Below are positions 9,415-18,700 of a stretch of 55,863 nt of DNA, piece by piece. A program made the position numbers and the translations under genes. Source of the stretch: Nitrospirota bacterium (GTDB lineage: Bacteria > Nitrospirota > Thermodesulfovibrionia > Thermodesulfovibrionales > SM23-35); NCBI GenBank assembly GCA_040753575.1, contig JBFMEC010000001.1, forward strand, positions 1 through 55,863, read 5' to 3'. Below the pieces are notes generated by a model, which searched no databases, was not told the DNA's origin, and saw only the letters and a program-made list of their open reading frames with translations. Numbering within the stretch: position 1 is the stretch's first letter; every line of letters starts with the position of its first letter.

Positions 9415-9843
9415 TCAGAAGTTCCGGTTGTTATTGCAGTCTATCCTGAAGGTATCTCCTACAATTCTTGTGCCTGTGTTACCAAAGGCAGATGCTCTGA
9501 AACAGGGTGTAAGATTGTTGCCGTTAAGGTCAATGTTTTGTTCTATGCAGTAACTGAAGCCTGGTCCAGTGCTCGGGTTGAAGCCAGGAAGCAATGCACG
9601 AATTGCCGCTATGTTATCGTTATCGGCTGCACATGTTCCTGCCGATGCAGTATAGTTGCTATTCTCAGAAAAAAATTGCTCCTCAAGAAGCCTGAGAGAC
9701 TCGAGGTTTGCATATGCCTCAGTTCTGGCAGCACTCCTCTGCTGACCGATATAGGCGGGGATCGCAATCGCCGCGAGAATGCCGATAATAGCAATAACGA
9801 TAATAAGCTCTGTTAAGGTGAACCCCTTTTTATTCATATTCAT
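9415..9843 (-). CDS. Prepilin-type (type IV pilin/pseudopilin) protein
   Basis: 142 aa with the N-terminal cleavage/methylation motif KKGFTLTELIIVIAIIGILAAIAIPAY. RBS AAAGGAGG. Confidence 0.8.
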   Translation of the reverse strand: MNMNKKGFTLTELIIVIAIIGILAAIAIPAYIGQQRSAARTEAYANLESLRLLEEQFFSENSNYTASAGTCAADNDNIAAIRALLPGFNPSTGPGFSYCIEQNIDLNGNNLTPCFRASAFGNTGTRIVGDTFRIDCNNNRNF

Positions 9844-9872
9844 ATTTAACCTCCTTTTCCTGACCGGGATTG

Positions 9873-10862
9873 TCAGACTGGGGATTCGAGGAATTCAGCC
9901 ATCTGCCTGTCGAGGTTTTTATACCACTTAATTGTTCTTTCCAGACCTTCATCCAAGCTGATCCTCGGAACCCATCCGAGCAATCTCCTCGCTTTTTCAT
10001 TAATGCAAAAAAAATGCCTGTTTTCACCAGGTCGTTTGGGTAGAGCCCCAATAAGTAACTTTATAGGGCTTCCCATCATGAGAACAATTTTTTCTGCTAC
10101 ATCCCTTATCCTGTATTCAATTCCATTGCCGATATTTATGACCTCTCCTAAAGCTTCCCTTGAGACCGCAGCGAGGAGGAATGCCTCTACAACATCATCT
10201 ACATAGTTGAATTCCCTTGTCTGGTCGCCTTCCGTCATCGCAAAGTCCTTTTTCTGAAGACAGTGATGGATCAGGGAAGGTATAAACATGTCGGTATCCT
10301 GAAAAGGTCCATAGGTGAGAAATGGTCTGACCGTGACAATTGGTAAACCCATCGTTTTGCAAAGCATCTGACAAAAATGGGTCACAGCCACCTTACTGGC
10401 TGAATACGGAGAGACTGGCATCTCCCTCTGATCCTCGCTAAATGGAGTTTCACCATCTCCATACTCCTCGGAAGCCCCTGTATTTACAAAACATTCCAGA
10501 TCTACCTTTTCTTCCAGAACCCTCTGCAGAAGATTAAGTGTGCCTTTAATATTGACATTAATCACGGTGTCAATTAATTCCGGGTCTCTTTTGACATTTC
10601 TGAAGGCGGCAAGGTGAAAGATAATCTGGGGCTTTGAATTCTTAATACAGAATGAGACTGACGGATAATCCCTCACGTCTCCATACCATATCTTGAGGTC
10701 TTTAGTGATATCTTGAATCCTGAATTGATTACTATTCCGGCTTATTAAAACATGTACCTCCGCTCCTTCCCCAATGAGCCTTCTGGTTAGGTGGGAGCCG
10801 ATAAATCCCGCTGCACCGGTCACGAGGATTACCTTATCTTTCAAAGATCTCAATCTTTCCAT
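9873..10862 (-). CDS. NAD-dependent sugar epimerase/dehydratase/reductase (extended SDR)
   Basis: 329 aa with the Rossmann motif VTGAAGFIGSHL and catalytic YSASK. Overlaps rfbF by 13 nt. Confidence 0.75.
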   Translation of the reverse strand: MERLRSLKDKVILVTGAAGFIGSHLTRRLIGEGAEVHVLISRNSNQFRIQDITKDLKIWYGDVRDYPSVSFCIKNSKPQIIFHLAAFRNVKRDPELIDTVINVNIKGTLNLLQRVLEEKVDLECFVNTGASEEYGDGETPFSEDQREMPVSPYSASKVAVTHFCQMLCKTMGLPIVTVRPFLTYGPFQDTDMFIPSLIHHCLQKKDFAMTEGDQTREFNYVDDVVEAFLLAAVSREALGEVINIGNGIEYRIRDVAEKIVLMMGSPIKLLIGALPKRPGENRHFFCINEKARRLLGWVPRISLDEGLERTIKWYKNLDRQMAEFLESPV

Positions 10863-11638
10863 ATTTTCCAGGGAGCCCTGCCACTTTCCCAGTATTCGTT
10901 AAGGAGATTCATGTCACGAAGTGTATCCATACACTGCCAAAAACCTCCATGTTGATAAACGATAAGCTGGCCCTCCTTTGCAAGCCTTTCTAACGGTTCT
11001 CTCTCTAAAATACATTGATCATCTTCCGACAGATAGGTGAATACTCCCTTATTGAATACAAAAAATCCTCCGTTTATAATGCCGCTGCCGACCTGCGGTT
11101 TTTCGCTGAATTCAATAACCCTGCCTCCTTTAGTGATTAATTCACCAAATCTTGAAGGTGGCTTAACACCGGTGATGGTGGCCAGTTTTCCGTGAGAAAG
11201 ATGGAACTGAAGAAGTTTCTTAATGTTTATATTAGCCACACCATCTCCATAGGTGAGAAGAAAGTCACTCGTATCTATATATTTTTCGATGCGTTTTATT
11301 CTTGCCCCCGTCATGGCCTTTAGCCCTGTATCTGCAAGGGTGACGCTCCAATCTTCACGATGGAGGTTATGAATCTGGATATCTTCGTGATCACCCAGAT
11401 TGATCGTAAAATCACTATTCTTAATCCTGTAGTGGAAGAAATATTCTTTAATTATCTCACCCCTGTAACCCAGGCAGATAATAAAGTCTTTGAATCCATA
11501 ATGGGAATATATCTTCATAATGTGCCACAGAATAGGTCTGGTACCGATCGGCACCATCGGCTTGGGTATAAACTCTGTCTGCTCTCTGAGTCTTGTTCCA
11601 AGCCCACCAGCTAAAATTACGACAGGAATACTTTTCAT
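10850..11638 (-). CDS. rfbF: Glucose-1-phosphate cytidylyltransferase
   Basis: 262 aa. VVILAGGLGTRLREQTEFIPKPMVPIGTRPILWHIMKIYSHYGFKDFIICLGY is the characteristic RfbF N-terminus. Confidence 0.85.
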   Translation of the reverse strand: MKSIPVVILAGGLGTRLREQTEFIPKPMVPIGTRPILWHIMKIYSHYGFKDFIICLGYRGEIIKEYFFHYRIKNSDFTINLGDHEDIQIHNLHREDWSVTLADTGLKAMTGARIKRIEKYIDTSDFLLTYGDGVANINIKKLLQFHLSHGKLATITGVKPPSRFGELITKGGRVIEFSEKPQVGSGIINGGFFVFNKGVFTYLSEDDQCILEREPLERLAKEGQLIVYQHGGFWQCMDTLRDMNLLNEYWESGRAPWKIWKD

Positions 11639-12639
11639 TTTGATATCTTCAATTCTTCTGCAGGATTCTCAAAAGAAATCACACTATTTGTTTCATGTTT
11701 GTATTCCTCTCTCACAACAAACAGGGGTCTCTGTTTTACTTCTACATAAAGCCTTCCTATGTATTCACCTATTACGCCCAGAAAGAAGAGTTGTAGTCCT
11801 CCCAGGGCAAGAATTGGCAGCAGGGTGGAGGCCCAACCAGGTATGAACTTGTCAGTGAAGATCTTGATATATAAAACCCAGAGGGCGCCAAGGAGAGTTA
11901 AGCCGGATATTAATATTCCTATCACAGAGGTTAATCTTAGAGGAAAATAAGTGAACGAAACTATCCCATCAAGACTGAGTGAAAATAGCGAGTTAATATT
12001 AAACTTTGATTTCCCTGCCATTCTCGGTTCACGTTTATAAAGAACTGTGGCATATCTTGATTCCAACTGTAAGATCATGGCTCTGATAAGCCGATTTCTT
12101 TCCGGAAGGGCATTGAATTCTTGAACCAGTGATTTTGCCATGAGCCGGAAGTCTCCGTGGTTATATACAATATCTACCCCCATTAACTTCATCAGCTTGT
12201 AATAATTCTCAGAGAAAAACCTTTTCACAAAGGAGTCTGCAGAGCGGTCTGAACGTACGCCTAAGACAAGGTCATATCCCTGTTCAAAGCAGGTTATCAT
12301 CTCCGCAATCTTTTCAGGGGGGTCCTGCAGATCGGCATCTATCGTAACAACAGCATCTCCTCTGGCATGGAAAAGACCTGCTGAGATAGAGCCCTGGAAG
12401 CCAAAATTACGCCTCAGGGCAATGATCCGGGTATGCCGATCTGATGCAAAGATATTCTTTAAAACCTGCAGGGTGTTGTCGGTTGATCCATTATCCACAT
12501 AAATAAGTTCATAATCAAAAATCCTTTTTGAGAGGATTAGATCATTGAGTACCTTACTAAGCCTTTTATGGGTTGAACTCAGAACCTCTTCCTCGTCATG
12601 ACACGGAACAACCACAGAAAATAGATTGATCTTCCTCAT
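11635..12639 (-). CDS. Polyprenyl-phosphate glycosyltransferase, GT2 (GtrB/ArnC/DPM1 type)
   Basis: 334 aa. GT2 core (VVVPCHDEEE, YVDNGSTDNT, IDADLQDPPEKI) plus a C-terminal two-TM tail ending LGVIGEYIGRLYVEVKQRPLF. Confidence 0.8.
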   Translation of the reverse strand: MRKINLFSVVVPCHDEEEVLSSTHKRLSKVLNDLILSKRIFDYELIYVDNGSTDNTLQVLKNIFASDRHTRIIALRRNFGFQGSISAGLFHARGDAVVTIDADLQDPPEKIAEMITCFEQGYDLVLGVRSDRSADSFVKRFFSENYYKLMKLMGVDIVYNHGDFRLMAKSLVQEFNALPERNRLIRAMILQLESRYATVLYKREPRMAGKSKFNINSLFSLSLDGIVSFTYFPLRLTSVIGILISGLTLLGALWVLYIKIFTDKFIPGWASTLLPILALGGLQLFFLGVIGEYIGRLYVEVKQRPLFVVREEYKHETNSVISFENPAEELKISK

Positions 12640-13373
12640 AATTTTCTTGCCACGGCAAAGAGACTAATTCCTACCGGGAGATTAATTCCACCCGATAAAA
12701 GCCTGTTCTCAAGCCCGAGAACATATTCCAGGGTTTTATTAATAAATCCGGGGGTCCCATATAATTGATCTCCTGATCCGGTTCCGTTGCGAGCGAAGAG
12801 TTTCTTGGTAAGCCTGATCAAAGTTGCTGGCAGGAACAAAGAGAAATTCCAGTAGGAAACTTTTTCTATCCTGAAACCATTCTTCTCTAAAATCTCGATG
12901 AGTCCTGCCTTTGAATACCTTCTGTAGTGGCGATTAACTTTATCATGTTGACTCCACAAGAATTTGAAGGCAGGAACGAATATGAACAATCTGCCGCCGG
13001 GCTTCAGAATCCTGTTCCATTCAAGCAATGCCCTGTCTTCTTCTCTGATATGCTCAAGGATATCAGAGGCTATGATCAGATCAAATTTCTGATCCTTAAA
13101 GGCAGTTTTCTCGGCATCAGCAACTGAGACATCACTGATATCCTTTTGTCTGCAAATCTCTATTGCATCTTTGTCAATATCTATACCATATAACTTTTTA
13201 AAACCCTGTTTTTTTAAGAATTTCAATAAGGCCCCTCCAGAGCAACCCACCTCGAGGATCCGGACATCCCTGCCGTAATCCTTTATTAACTTATAAATCA
13301 TGTCTCTCCTTGCATGGAACCACCAGTAGATCTCTTCTAATTGATGATATTTTTCAGCATAAGATTTTTCCAT
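12636..13373 (-). CDS. Class I SAM-dependent methyltransferase
   Basis: 245 aa with motif I ILEVGCSGGALLKFL and acidic post-I IDID. 4-nt overlap with the GT2 gene. Confidence 0.75.
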   Translation of the reverse strand: MEKSYAEKYHQLEEIYWWFHARRDMIYKLIKDYGRDVRILEVGCSGGALLKFLKKQGFKKLYGIDIDKDAIEICRQKDISDVSVADAEKTAFKDQKFDLIIASDILEHIREEDRALLEWNRILKPGGRLFIFVPAFKFLWSQHDKVNRHYRRYSKAGLIEILEKNGFRIEKVSYWNFSLFLPATLIRLTKKLFARNGTGSGDQLYGTPGFINKTLEYVLGLENRLLSGGINLPVGISLFAVARKL

Positions 13374-13375
13374 CT

Positions 13376-14362
13376 TTACATTCCGGTGCCTTTTAGATAA
13401 TCTTTATACCATTCTATCGCCTCAGAAAGGCCCTCCCTGAGAGAAAAGATTGGTTTCCATCCAAGCATCTCCCTCGCCTTTTTTGCTGAAAGAAACTGTT
13501 CACGAATCTCACCTTTTGCCTCATTCAGAATAACCGGCTCCAGATCCGAACGTTTCATTAATGAAAGGATCTCGTTTGTTATTTCTAAAACACTCAGGGG
13601 GGTATCATTGCCAAAATTAAAGGCCTGACCCGCAATGCGACTATCATCCATTCTTTCCGCTAAAAGGATATATGCCTTTGACGCATCTCTAACATAGAAG
13701 TAATCTCTTACATATTTTCCATCGCTTCTTATAATAGGTCTTTCGCCATAAAAAACCGACCGAATCGTTCCAGGCACAATTCTGTTGAAATTAAGGTCGC
13801 CTCCTCCAAATAGGTTGCCGCATCTCGTTACACATACAGGAAGTCCGTAATGATGGAAATACATCTGGGCTGTCAGATCCGCACAGCTCTTAGAAAGATC
13901 ATAAGGATTTCTTCCCCGAAGAGGCATGTCTTCTGTATAAGGCAGTATCTTCTGCTCACCATATGCCTTATCACTGGATGCAACAATCACCTTTTTTATC
14001 CTTTTATTCCGTCTACAGGCCTCCAGCAACATCCATGTCCCCTTAATGTTTGACTCAAAAGTCGAGAGGGGATTGTTGTTTGCTATCGGGACAATAGCCT
14101 GGGCAGCGAGATGAAAGACAACTTCTATTTCATATTCATTCAATGCTCTTTCAAGGAGATGATAATCTTCTAAACTACCGGATACAGTTGTTATCTTTTC
14201 GATAATTCTATCTCTGTAAATCCTTGATCTGGGAACATAGTCTCTAACCAAGCCGATTACATTAGCCCCCTCCTTTAGTAACTCCTCTGTAAGCCATGAT
14301 CCTAAAAGTCCGGTACAACCTGTCACAAGGACATTTTTATTCAGCCAATTTTTATTAAACAT
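13376..14362 (-). CDS. NDP-sugar 4,6-dehydratase (likely CDP-glucose 4,6-dehydratase)
   Basis: 328 aa. [14 protein letters not shown] and [11 protein letters not shown] (YxxxK) resemble RfbG, and the operon contains rfbF. Confidence 0.6.
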   Translation of the reverse strand: MFNKNWLNKNVLVTGCTGLLGSWLTEELLKEGANVIGLVRDYVPRSRIYRDRIIEKITTVSGSLEDYHLLERALNEYEIEVVFHLAAQAIVPIANNNPLSTFESNIKGTWMLLEACRRNKRIKKVIVASSDKAYGEQKILPYTEDMPLRGRNPYDLSKSCADLTAQMYFHHYGLPVCVTRCGNLFGGGDLNFNRIVPGTIRSVFYGERPIIRSDGKYVRDYFYVRDASKAYILLAERMDDSRIAGQAFNFGNDTPLSVLEITNEILSLMKRSDLEPVILNEAKGEIREQFLSAKKAREMLGWKPIFSLREGLSEAIEWYKDYLKGTGM

Positions 14363-14370
14363 CCAGTTAA

Positions 14371-16281
14371 TTATAATATGCCAGAATTGGCAGTATTTTT
14401 GCTATTCTTCCGCTTTAAAGCAAGGTAGGCATTACAGAAGTTAGCTACAAGATCTTTTTTATCAAGTTCAAGAGCTGCCTCAATCATTTTTTTTGCATCT
14501 TCTTCCTTTCCTTTCATCATGAGGGCGAAGGCAAGGCTTGAATAGGGAGTTGAATAGGTTATCTTCTTTCTTACCAGGGGAGAAGTCTCGAGAATAATTT
14601 CATCATATATCAGTTCTTTTGGTTTTTTATATTTCTTAATAATTTCAGAATATTTAACATCATTTTTTATGAATATCTGCATAACTCCGTCAAGATAAAT
14701 AAGAACCCATTCATCATCCTTCAGAAGTCTTAAGATTAGCGGAAAGATCGCACCAGTGTAATCAGCGGTGGCTTCCTGGACTATCAGGTCAATGTTGTAC
14801 CGCTTTAAAAGACTTTTCCAGAAGGGTTTATCATTTTTTGACTTATAAGGATCTGTGGCAGAGACGTCAATTTTTCCTAATCCTTCCGGCACAAGGGCAC
14901 TGAGGGCACTCCCGAGGGCCAGATCCGCTGGTTCTGTGGGGTCATTCAATGCGTATTTGATAGCCTCACCTTCAAGTGTTGCGTCTAAGCTGATATAGCG
15001 GGTATCCTGGAAAACTTTGTAATGAGGGTAAAGCCTCCAGATCAGATAACTGCCTCTATTAGAAGAGTTGAACATAGTTGCATCAATATGATTATCAAGG
15101 AGAAAATTGGCCGCCCTTTCAGGATAAAACCTGTGCTTTCCGATTTTAAAGATATCCCTGTAATCTTTTAGTCCAAAGCCGATTGTTAAAATGAGAAAGA
15201 CCGAAAATACTATAAATGCAGCCCTGGTTCTGGCCAGGAATTTTAAGAAGTCAGGATTCTTGAAAAAATTGTAATTTCTTGATAAAGGTACGGCAACCGC
15301 CATAAAAAAGGGCACATACCTTAAAGATGTAAAGGCGGCAACTGAGGAAAAAATAATGAGAGCAAGGGTTGTAAAGTTTATGGATTTTGTCCTGATCATA
15401 TTCAGGGACGTCAAAATACTTATTAAGCCAAAAAGAACCCAGAAAGAGATATTGGCGGTTTTCATTCCATAGGGAAACCTTGTCTCAGCCACAGGACTCA
15501 TATATTCGCGGACACTGTAGTAAAGCCATTTTGCGCTTGTATGAGATTCAAGGGTGGTAAGAAGCTGCCCATTAAAATCAGGGTTTATGTAAGAAAAGAT
15601 TACTGCTGCCAGACCTGTCAGAAGGAGAATCAGGACTGATTTCTTTGTTAATGGTTGACCGATATTAAAATCAGGCTTGATCTTCTTTACGAAGAACTTA
15701 AATGCCTCTGACATTGTATAGATTAAAATAAGGGCCAGACCAAAGACGAAACCGGCGTGCATATTAGACCACAAAAGTATGAGGGGAGGAATAAAATAGA
15801 GTGGCCGGGCTGAATTCGGGTTTTCTCTGAATTTTTCAAAAAGAAGAATAAGTATTAATGTGAAGAGGAATGAAAAATATTGGGGCCTGTCAAGCTTGTA
15901 AGGTAAAAAGATTATAGTTACAAGTATGACAATCAGCATAGAGGAGTAGAGCCCTTTTCTTCTTAAGGCAAACCACAAAAGGAAAACATAGGAAGAAAAA
16001 ACTGCTGCCCTCAGGAGAATTATCCCCGATGGTCCGGCTATTGAATAGAGCTTGTAAAATATAACCTGTGAGAGCCAGTATTGCGTGAGGGTAAATTTTT
16101 CCCTATCCGTTGAAATCCCCTCATCATGGAAAGAGAAGGGATCATCCTCGGGAATTTCCTTATTTTGATATATATATTCTCCTGTTTTAAGATGGAAGGG
16201 GAAATCAACATCAACGATGGGACCTAAAAAATTGACAAAGACGGCTATGATGAAAAGGCTGACAAGGATCTTCTCCTTCAT
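14371..16281 (-). CDS. Large polytopic membrane protein, GT-C-like glycosyltransferase candidate with a TPR-like C-terminal tail
   Basis: 636 aa with about 12 or more hydrophobic segments. Acidic motifs in the first extracytoplasmic loop (DVDFPF, PEDDPF), a soluble C-terminal domain of about 200 aa, and a TPR-like [25 protein letters not shown]. The family assignment is not verified. Confidence 0.45.
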   Translation of the reverse strand: MKEKILVSLFIIAVFVNFLGPIVDVDFPFHLKTGEYIYQNKEIPEDDPFSFHDEGISTDREKFTLTQYWLSQVIFYKLYSIAGPSGIILLRAAVFSSYVFLLWFALRRKGLYSSMLIVILVTIIFLPYKLDRPQYFSFLFTLILILLFEKFRENPNSARPLYFIPPLILLWSNMHAGFVFGLALILIYTMSEAFKFFVKKIKPDFNIGQPLTKKSVLILLLTGLAAVIFSYINPDFNGQLLTTLESHTSAKWLYYSVREYMSPVAETRFPYGMKTANISFWVLFGLISILTSLNMIRTKSINFTTLALIIFSSVAAFTSLRYVPFFMAVAVPLSRNYNFFKNPDFLKFLARTRAAFIVFSVFLILTIGFGLKDYRDIFKIGKHRFYPERAANFLLDNHIDATMFNSSNRGSYLIWRLYPHYKVFQDTRYISLDATLEGEAIKYALNDPTEPADLALGSALSALVPEGLGKIDVSATDPYKSKNDKPFWKSLLKRYNIDLIVQEATADYTGAIFPLILRLLKDDEWVLIYLDGVMQIFIKNDVKYSEIIKKYKKPKELIYDEIILETSPLVRKKITYSTPYSSLAFALMMKGKEEDAKKMIEAALELDKKDLVANFCNAYLALKRKNSKNTANSGIL

Positions 16282-16334
16282 TGGATAATAATATTAGTCA
16301 AAGGTGTAGTCAAAATTCAAGCTTTAAGAGTTCA

Positions 16335-16366
16335 GGAGGACCGGGAAAAATTTTTCCCGGTCCTCC
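16335..16366 (-). terminator. Perfect 16-bp-arm stem-loop just downstream of the pilin gene (attenuator/terminator candidate)
   Basis: GGAGGACCGGGAAAAATTTTTCCCGGTCCTCC is a perfect palindrome 9 nt after the pilin stop. There is no strong U-tract on the minus strand, so partial termination or RNA stabilisation is equally possible. Confidence 0.5.
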
Positions 16367-16375
16367 CCCGATGAA

Positions 16376-16906
16376 TTAATCGGCGCTTACTATTTTCCTG
16401 TAGATCTCGTTTCCGGTTCTATCACGGGCTACTAAGCTTATGTTATTGCCAGATGCGGCTGTGAAGCCGATAACAATCTGCCCATTGGAGACAGAATTTA
16501 AGCCACCCAGAGACCAGAGAGATTGACCTGCACTCCAGGGTGAAACTTCAGCTGGATGAACTGTTGTTGAGGTATTTCTGGCATTTACGTACAAACTGGC
16601 TACGGCATTAACCATCGTGGAATTGACATTGTCACCACTATCAATCATGCCATTCCAGTTGGTATCACACTCTCTCAGAGCAGCCGTAGGGCCTGTCTTT
16701 AACGAAGCTGTAAGCCATGACTGGACGTCTGCCTCAGCTCCACCAGCAGCCCTCTGTACTGCTCCTTTTCTCCCTCTTTCCTGAACTCCGAGGTAGCCGG
16801 GAATTGCTATTGCAGCCAGAATTCCGATGATTGCCACAACGACCAGTAACTCGATCAGGGTGAAGCCTTTTTCACCTTTCTTCATCTTTGAGATCGTCTT
16901 AAACAT
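16376..16906 (-). CDS. Prepilin-type (type IV pilin-like) protein
   Basis: 176 aa with the N-terminal KGFTLIELLVVVAIIGILAAIAIPGY. RBS AAAGGAGGT 6 nt upstream of the ATG. Confidence 0.8.
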   Translation of the reverse strand: MFKTISKMKKGEKGFTLIELLVVVAIIGILAAIAIPGYLGVQERGRKGAVQRAAGGAEADVQSWLTASLKTGPTAALRECDTNWNGMIDSGDNVNSTMVNAVASLYVNARNTSTTVHPAEVSPWSAGQSLWSLGGLNSVSNGQIVIGFTAASGNNISLVARDRTGNEIYRKIVSAD

Positions 16907-16926
16907 CTTTTACCTCCTTTCTAATA

Positions 16927-17010
16927 AAATTCTAAATTCCAAGCACTAAATCCTGAACAATATCTAAATCCCAAACTATTTGCAACATTAGAATTTGGAA
17001 TTTAGTGCTT
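16927..17010. repeat. Heptamer-word block with internal complementary arms
   Basis: AAATTCT AAATTCC AAGCACT AAATCCT ... AGAATTT GGAATTT AGTGCTT. The segment AAGCACTAAATCC is complementary to GGAATTTAGTGCTT with one indel. Confidence 0.7.
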
Positions 17011-17202
17011 TTCTTCGTGGTGGCATGGCATGTTATCCTCTTCAAAGAGTAAATCCTGTTCCAGCGATGACATAGACCACATGGATTCCTCTTTGACCTT
17101 GTTCTCTTCCGGCGAGTCCATGCCTAAAAACATGCTGTTTTGGAACCAGTTTATTCCTGCCCGAGATTCTGATGAATCTTCAGGAATGCCACCGTAAACC
17201 AT
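17002..17202 (-). CDS. Small acidic hypothetical protein (66 aa)
   Basis: Strong RBS AAAGGAGGTGA 9 nt upstream of the ATG, and a sigma70-like promoter upstream. No recognisable domain. The C-terminus is PCHHEEKH. Confidence 0.35.
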   Translation of the reverse strand: MVYGGIPEDSSESRAGINWFQNSMFLGMDSPEENKVKEESMWSMSSLEQDLLFEEDNMPCHHEEKH

Positions 17203-17373
17203 TACTATTTCATCACCTCCTTTGTTTTAATTTTTCCTGAAGATTCAAAAAAGCAAGCACTATGCCAGAGCACAAAGGTACTGATTTAATATTTGGAAAG
17301 CCTAAAAAAAGAGGAATAATCAATGGGTTTGAAGTTTCCTTATCGGATAACCTCACCAGTGATTGTTTTATGG

Positions 17374-17403
17374 ATTATACAGGAAAAGACAATTTAATGA
17401 CAA
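17374..17403 (-). promoter_or_regulatory. Sigma70-like promoter for the small ORF and pilin
   Basis: Minus strand reads TTGTCA (17398-17403), an 18-nt spacer, then TATAAT (17374-17379). Confidence 0.5.
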
Positions 17404-17419
17404 AAAATGGCAAATTTTT

Positions 17420-17836
17420 CTATTCCCAGCTATTGATATCTTTGTTTTCGCCTTCACCACCAGGTTCACCATCAACTCCATAGGAGAAAAGATCATAATC
17501 TCCATGGCTTCCTGGTGATTCATAATGATATGGTCTACCCCAGGGATCATTTGGAGCTATCTTCTTTAGATAAGGTCCCTCCCAGCCTGGTGTGCCAGGG
17601 TTATTCAATAATGCATTCAAACCCTCTGCTGTTGTGGGATATCGGCCCGTATCGAGCCTGAACTGATCCAGACCCTGGCCAAGTAGCTCTATCTGCGCCT
17701 TAGCTGCAGATTGCTTACCCTTTCCGACCTTGGGCAATAACCTCGGAAATACAAGAGCTGCCAGCATACCTATAATAACCATAACAACCAGAAGTTCAAC
17801 GAGCGTAAAGCCCCTTTTATTTTTCACAATCTTCAT
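17420..17836 (-). CDS. gspG: Type II secretion pseudopilin GspG
   Basis: 138 aa: KRGFTLVELLVVMVIIGMLAALVFP, AKAQIELLGQGLDQFRLDTGRYPTTAEGLNAL, DPWGRPYHYESPG, DLFSYGVDGEPGG. Confidence 0.85.
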   Translation of the reverse strand: MKIVKNKRGFTLVELLVVMVIIGMLAALVFPRLLPKVGKGKQSAAKAQIELLGQGLDQFRLDTGRYPTTAEGLNALLNNPGTPGWEGPYLKKIAPNDPWGRPYHYESPGSHGDYDLFSYGVDGEPGGEGENKDINSWE

Positions 17837-17976
17837 GCTTCCTCCAGCATTCTTTCATCATGATTTTTTTAGGATTTCTTTTTTTTATTTTAACTTAGCG
17901 TACAAAATTGCGTCAAATAACCCTTTACCCGTGAATGTTATAGATGCTAAAATCTCACCATCTTATTGACTGTTAT

Positions 17977-18011
17977 TTGGTTATTGGAATTTGGTTATTG
18001 GTAATTGAATA
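17977..18011. repeat. Heptamer tandem words directly upstream of the radC ATG
   Basis: TTGGTTA TTGGAAT TTGGTTA TTGGTAA TTGAATA. Confidence 0.85.
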
Positions 18012-18012
18012 T

Positions 18013-18699
18013 ATGGCATATCCAGGTATTAAAAGTTGGCCTGAAGGTGAAAGACCGAGAGAGAGACTCCTGAAACATGGCTCTCATAACCTCTCTAAGG
18101 CACAATTAATAGCGATAATACTCCGTACCGGGGGAGGGGGCAAGAGCGCCCTTGATCTTGCACTGGAGATATTGAAATCCTTTGGAAATCTAAGAAAGCT
18201 TGAAAATGCCTCACTCGCTGAATTTGTCTCTTTCAAAGGAATGGGAAAAGCAAAGGTTGCACAGTTAAAGGCGGCCTTTGAACTTGGAAGAAGACTCCTT
18301 GAAGAACCCGCCGAAAGAGGCCCGGCCTTCTCCTCGGGTTACGACGTATATTCTTACTACTCCCGGCGTTTCAAGAATCTGAAGAAGGAGACCTTCTGTT
18401 GCGCAATGCTTGATGCAAAAAACAGAATATTTAAAGACTGCCAGATCTCTGAAGGGACTCTGACTAATTCATTAATACATCCACGAGAAGCCTTCAGAGA
18501 TGCAATAAAAGAATCTGCAGCTTCCGTCATATTTGTCCATAACCATCCGAGCGGTGACCCAAATCCCAGTCGTGAAGACATATTAATAACAGAGAGACTT
18601 GTAAAAGTAGGTGAATTAGTAGGCATAAAGGTTCTTGACCACCTAATAATAGGAGAGGAAAAGTATACCAGTATGATGGAGAAAGGATATATGAAGTGA
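18013..18699 (+). CDS. radC: RadC-family JAB-domain protein
   Basis: MAYPGIKSWPEGERPRERL, HhH region, and JAMM motif HNHPSGDPNPSREDI. The start is trimmed from track position 17944 because the extension is repeat-encoded. Confidence 0.85.
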   Translation: MAYPGIKSWPEGERPRERLLKHGSHNLSKAQLIAIILRTGGGGKSALDLALEILKSFGNLRKLENASLAEFVSFKGMGKAKVAQLKAAFELGRRLLEEPAERGPAFSSGYDVYSYYSRRFKNLKKETFCCAMLDAKNRIFKDCQISEGTLTNSLIHPREAFRDAIKESAASVIFVHNHPSGDPNPSREDILITERLVKVGELVGIKVLDHLIIGEEKYTSMMEKGYMK

Positions 18700-18700
18700 G

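Noticed and set aside
9385-9816. Long antisense or alternative-frame ORFs lying inside recognisable genes: 9385-9816(+), 22610-23281(+), 25039-25542(+), 27604-28023(+), 29675-30283(+), 31100-31507(+), 33607-33999(-), 44573-44953(-), 50277-50696(-), 18872-19153(+)
   Set aside because: Each lies entirely within a gene that has strong family motifs on the other strand or in another frame. Their products are low-complexity, Ser/Pro/Leu-rich, and have no RBS or recognisable domain. They are treated as shadow ORFs.
17944-18012. N-terminal extensions in the ORF track for radC (17944), purD (19581), dsrD (46478), dsrN (46889), dsrJ (52831), bamA (43897) and the DsrC-like gene (55755)
   Set aside because: The extensions are encoded by repeat blocks or the upstream gene. 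In most cases (purD, dsrD, dsrJ, bamA, the DsrC-like gene) an internal ATG with a good Shine-Dalgarno sequence coincides with the conserved protein N-terminus; for radC and dsrN the trimming rests on the conserved N-terminus alone. Coordinates were trimmed accordingly.
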